From an uncultured delta proteobacterium (GTDB taxonomy: Bacteria; Desulfobacterota; Binatia; UBA9968), in the NCBI GenBank assembly GCA_963745035.1, contig CAVUVW010000013.1, positions 512,001-576,000 of the forward strand: a DNA stretch of 64,000 nucleotides, given 5' to 3'. Shown here one piece after another: positions 60,771-64,000 of the stretch (position 1 is its first letter; every line of letters begins with the position of its first letter). The notes under the pieces are model-generated. The model made no database searches and was not told the DNA's origin. It saw nothing but the letters and a program-made list of their open reading frames with translations. Position numbers and translations under genes: made by a program.

Positions 60771-61814
60771 TTAGTCCCGAATTAGTTTCGTGACCGATCT
60801 CGTCGAACCGCCTTCCGGCGTGCTCTGTCCCCAGACGTGAATGTATTGCGACTGCGAGCCGTCGCCGCCGGCGACGACCACGAGAATATCTTCCGGTTTA
60901 TCGGTCACCGGGATCACGCTGTCGCGGGTGAGTTTCAGATCGCTGCGCCGTTTGACCCGCTGGTCAAAAGTTTCGTCCGGAAGATCCTTCATGCGATAGG
61001 CTGCGCGCTCCCATATAAATTTCTGAACATCTTTTTTGCTGAATCCGTCGTCCGCGATGATCTTGGCATGCTCCGGGCAAATCACCATGATGGCCTCGGG
61101 GCCGGAGGGTCCATCCATCTTCTGGGCGAAATTGATGAGCACGCCCTCCGCCTTGCTGCTGTCAAGATCCGAAGCTCGGATGGAAGCGTCCGCGCTGATC
61201 GCCGTCACCGTGCTTTGCTCCTTCTTGAAGCCGCGCTCCACGTGCAGCGGCTCCCACGGGCTCGCTTCCTCGTTCTCGCCGACACAGATCGAATATTTTC
61301 CCGGCCAGCCGAGTGTGGCCTTGCACGTCGTACCGGGATACGAGCCGCCGATATTGCGCTTCACCAGTTGCACGAAGCGGCCGATCGTCGCATTGGCGCG
61401 CCACCCTTCGCCCAAAGCGTTAGACCCGCCATTGATGTCGATGGTCTTTCGGATCGGACCGTTGACGATGATCATCACCGCCGGCCCGCCGGTGGTTGCT
61501 TGCAATGCATAAAGATTAAGCTTGGGATCGGTGATCGCCTCCACCGCGGCGATCAGCACCGGCATGTATTCGGGCTTGCAGCCCGCCATCACACCGTTGA
61601 TGGCGATTTTCTCGACAGTTGCCTGCGCCCAGCGCGGCGGCACCGCGCCGATAACATCCTGCGGATCGCGCTTGGTGGCGGCGAGCATCTGGCCGACCCG
61701 CTCTTCGGTCGGTGGAATGATCGGCAAGCCGTCGGACCAGCCCTTTTCTTCAAAGAAAGTCTGCGCCGCCCAGATATCGTCCGGTATCTCGAATCGCTCC
61801 GCTTGGAGTGCCAT
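60771..61814 (-). CDS. conserved protein of unknown function partnering UGSC selenoprotein 2
   Basis: SDGLPIIPPT, EKIAINGVMAGCKPEY, QATTG, ANATIGR, ENEEASPWEPLH. Confidence 0.9.
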   Translation of the reverse strand: MALQAERFEIPDDIWAAQTFFEEKGWSDGLPIIPPTEERVGQMLAATKRDPQDVIGAVPPRWAQATVEKIAINGVMAGCKPEYMPVLIAAVEAITDPKLNLYALQATTGGPAVMIIVNGPIRKTIDINGGSNALGEGWRANATIGRFVQLVKRNIGGSYPGTTCKATLGWPGKYSICVGENEEASPWEPLHVERGFKKEQSTVTAISADASIRASDLDSSKAEGVLINFAQKMDGPSGPEAIMVICPEHAKIIADDGFSKKDVQKFIWERAAYRMKDLPDETFDQRVKRRSDLKLTRDSVIPVTDKPEDILVVVAGGDGSQSQYIHVWGQSTPEGGSTRSVTKLIRD

Positions 61815-61831
61815 GTTTCCGTCCTCGAGGC

Positions 61832-61869
61832 AAAAAAAATCCCCGCCGAACGTTCTCGTCCGGCGGGGA
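61832..61869 (-). terminator. intrinsic terminator-like hairpin between selenoprotein 2 and its partner
   Basis: Minus strand TCCCCGCCGGACGAGAACGTTCGGCGGGGA followed by T8. Confidence 0.75.
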
Positions 61870-61880
61870 AGACGTAAATA

Positions 61881-62435
61881 TTACGTTCCAGTAGCTGCCC
61901 GGCGCGCTTGCGGCTCGAGCAGGATATCAACGAGCTTGGCAAACGCCGCGTCCGCGCGCTTGTTGACATCCTCCACCTTCACCGTGCCGATCGGATGCTG
62001 CACGACCAGCACCGGATGATCCGGCGCGCCGAAAGCCTCCTTCTCGGACTTTGCCAGCGCGTCAAAGGCGTGGGTGATCAACGTCACCGCAAAGCGGCCG
62101 CGCTTTTGTAATTCGATCGAGTCGTGGACACTCCACGACGTGCACGAGCCTCAATCTCCCAGGCCGCTCAGGACGAAATCCGCCTGGGCCGCCAACTCGT
62201 CCAGATATTCCTTCGGCGCGCCTTGCTGCGCCGTCAGCTTGCGCCGCGAAATCACTTTGGCGACGCCGTACTCTTTTTTGAGCAGGTCCGCGAAACGCTC
62301 CGCCAGCTTATCCGCATTGGGCTTGCTGTTATCGAGCAGGCCGACCACTTTACCGTGCAGATCCTGGAAGCGCGGCACAGCGGCGACCTTGGCGGCCGAT
62401 GTCTGCGCCTTTCCCTCCGGACTGAGAACAATCAT
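61881..62435 (-). CDS. UGSC-family selenoprotein 2 (Sec at TGA 62151-62153), 184 aa
   Basis: ORFs 62151-62435 and 61881-62087 are in one frame: ...VLSGLGD-TGA-GSCTSWSVHDSIELQKRGRFAVTLITHAF... Confidence 0.92.
62113..62150 (-). promoter_or_regulatory. putative bacterial SECIS element
   Basis: GTCGTGG-AGTGT-CCACGAC hairpin; 27 nt identical to copy 1. Confidence 0.75.
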
Positions 62436-62510
62436 TCATGCCTCCTTAAACTTGAAGCCAAACAAACCTATCCCCTTTCCACCACGTCTCCTTCGAAAAT
62501 AGGAGTGAAG

Positions 62511-62585
62511 AAAGATCTCTCACTTCGTTCGAGATGACAGAGACTTGTACCGCATTGTCATTTCGAGCGGATGCGAGAAATCTTT
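62511..62585. repeat. REP-like inverted pair, same family as 44745-44818
   Basis: AAAGATCTCTCACTTCGTTCGAGATGACA...TGTCATTTCGAGCGGATGCGAGAAATCTTT. Confidence 0.85.
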
Positions 62586-62594
62586 CCTTGGCGG

Positions 62595-62632
62595 CCCTCA
62601 CCCATTCCTTCTCCCGCAGAGCGGGCGAAGGG
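62595..62632. repeat. solo REP-like palindrome resembling the DUF559-flanking family
   Basis: CCCTCACCCATTCCTTCTCCCGCAGAGCGGGCGAAGGG, immediately after the amidohydrolase stop. Confidence 0.7.
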
Positions 62633-63721
62633 CTACAACCCGTAAAATGCCTTCGGGTTGTCATAAAGAATCTTCTGCACGGCCGCCTGGGGAATGTCCC
62701 CTTTGTCCGCTCGCGCTTGAAGTTCCTTGCGAAATTCGAGCTCCATCGATGGATCGCGATGCGTGTAGTCCGATCCCACCATCAGATTATTTTCGCCGAC
62801 GGTTTTGATGATATACGGAAGGTCTTCGTCGACCTGGCACGTGATATAGATGCGGTTCTCCTCGAACACATTCTGAGGCAGCTCGATCAGCGGGACACCG
62901 AGCACGCTGGTGCTCTCGCGTCCCTGCTGGCGCAACTGCTGGCGCCGCAGATCGTAGGCCACGAACGGCGCCCACATGGAACCCGCCTCGATACAGCCGA
63001 AGCGAAGCTTGGGAAACTTTGCCGGAACCTTGTGCAGAATAAGCCCGAGCACACCGTTGATCGCCGCGCCCTTCGTGCGCATGAATTGGCCGTGCGAAAA
63101 CTCCCGCGCGGGTGAGAAGTCCGGCACACCCGAACCGGTGTGGATACAGATCGGCAAATCGAGTTTCTCGGCTTCGGCATAGAAAGGTTCAAAGTACGGA
63201 TCGGCCGGATATTTGCCCGCCTCGCGATCGCCCTTCTTCAATACACCGCAGGCGCCATGATCTTTGGCCCAGCGTATTTCCGCCAGGGCGTCCTCCATAC
63301 TTTGCAGCGGCGGCATGCAAACCCAGCGCAGCCGTCCGCCCGATTCGGCGCAGCGGTCGCCCAGCCAGCGGTTGTAACTGCGCCGCATGGCCGCGTTGAT
63401 CTCCGGCTTTTCCGTCGCTTCCATCAGGAAGAGCGTGGGATAAATCACTTGTATGTCCGTGCCCAACTCATCCATGTGCTTCAGGCGCGCCTTGACATCG
63501 AGCAGCTCGCGCGTTTCCACGGTCGTGCCTGAATCCTTGTCGCTGCGAACAAAGCGAATCTGACGTTTGCCGTCGATCACCCAGTAGCGCGCCGGCGGCA
63601 GCTTCGGATCAGGATTGGACGGAAAAGCAGTCGACGGCTTAAAAGGCGCGTCGGCGTCCGGCATATACTCCCAGGTGGCGTCGGTTTCATCGATATGTGT
63701 GTCTGCGTCGATAATTCCCAC
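62633..63721 (-). CDS. amidohydrolase family 2 protein
   Basis: IDADTH, IHTG, IEAG..W, GSDYTH, ILYDNPKAFY. Confidence 0.92.
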   Translation of the reverse strand: MGIIDADTHIDETDATWEYMPDADAPFKPSTAFPSNPDPKLPPARYWVIDGKRQIRFVRSDKDSGTTVETRELLDVKARLKHMDELGTDIQVIYPTLFLMEATEKPEINAAMRRSYNRWLGDRCAESGGRLRWVCMPPLQSMEDALAEIRWAKDHGACGVLKKGDREAGKYPADPYFEPFYAEAEKLDLPICIHTGSGVPDFSPAREFSHGQFMRTKGAAINGVLGLILHKVPAKFPKLRFGCIEAGSMWAPFVAYDLRRQQLRQQGRESTSVLGVPLIELPQNVFEENRIYITCQVDEDLPYIIKTVGENNLMVGSDYTHRDPSMELEFRKELQARADKGDIPQAAVQKILYDNPKAFYGL

Positions 63722-64000
63722 TGCAATTTCTCCTTAATATGATCTTCATTCGCGGCGCATCTTCCTGTTTCTTAATACAAACCCGCGGTGCGGTCAAAAC
63801 CTCGAGCCGGCACAGACGGTGAATTCAGCAGGAACGATGTAAATGGACGTCAACGCATCGTCGCACGAGTTCGATCTTCGGCATCATCGAAATCGGCGAG
63901 ATACACCCGGCGCAGAACTGCCGTTTGGAGACGACGCGCCCGTTGCGGTTGCTAATCGCCGCCCTGCAGCGGTTTTCCGGAAAGCTCGGTCAGCGTCGCG

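Noticed and set aside
36803-62019. Long antisense or alternative-frame ORFs (e.g. 36803-37855, 37880-39088, 48550-49629, 51444-52526, 60837-61877)
   Set aside because: Shadows of well-supported high-GC genes, with no motifs of their own
42683-62632. CRISPR array interpretation of the intergenic repeats
   Set aside because: No regular repeat-spacer periodicity and no cas genes

Overview
GC-rich bacterial DNA. The gene content (many orphan NMT1/THI5-like binding proteins, amidohydrolases) suggests a Candidatus Binatia-like deltaproteobacterium, which is an inference. There are three zones. (1) About 1.2-35.6 kb is an accessory region. A 24-kb surface-glycan island (glycosyltransferases, Wzm/Wzt exporter, two coiled-coil FkbM methyltransferases, radical SAM enzyme) lies between two displaced 3' halves of tRNA-Thr(CGT) at 4.1 and 28.3 kb. 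Gene debris and a possible tyrosine-integrase remnant sit at 35.4 kb. (2) 35.7-53.6 kb holds uptake and aromatic/CoA catabolism genes: hydroxycinnamoyl-CoA hydratase-lyase, acyl-CoA dehydrogenase, a family III CoA-transferase pair, NnrS and an EAL regulator. (3) 54-64 kb is a minus-strand cluster with two paralogous modules that the ORF track breaks. Each module is a UGA-readthrough selenoprotein (U-G-S-C motif, conserved SECIS-like hairpin) followed by a ~350-aa protein of unknown function. One module is interrupted by a DUF559 nuclease gene precisely bracketed by inverted palindromic repeats, and similar repeats occur as solo copies nearby. Intergenic spaces from 42 to 63 kb are filled with several REP-like and 7-9-mer repeat families. 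Eight otherwise intact genes each carry exactly one extra base, most likely a sequencing artefact.
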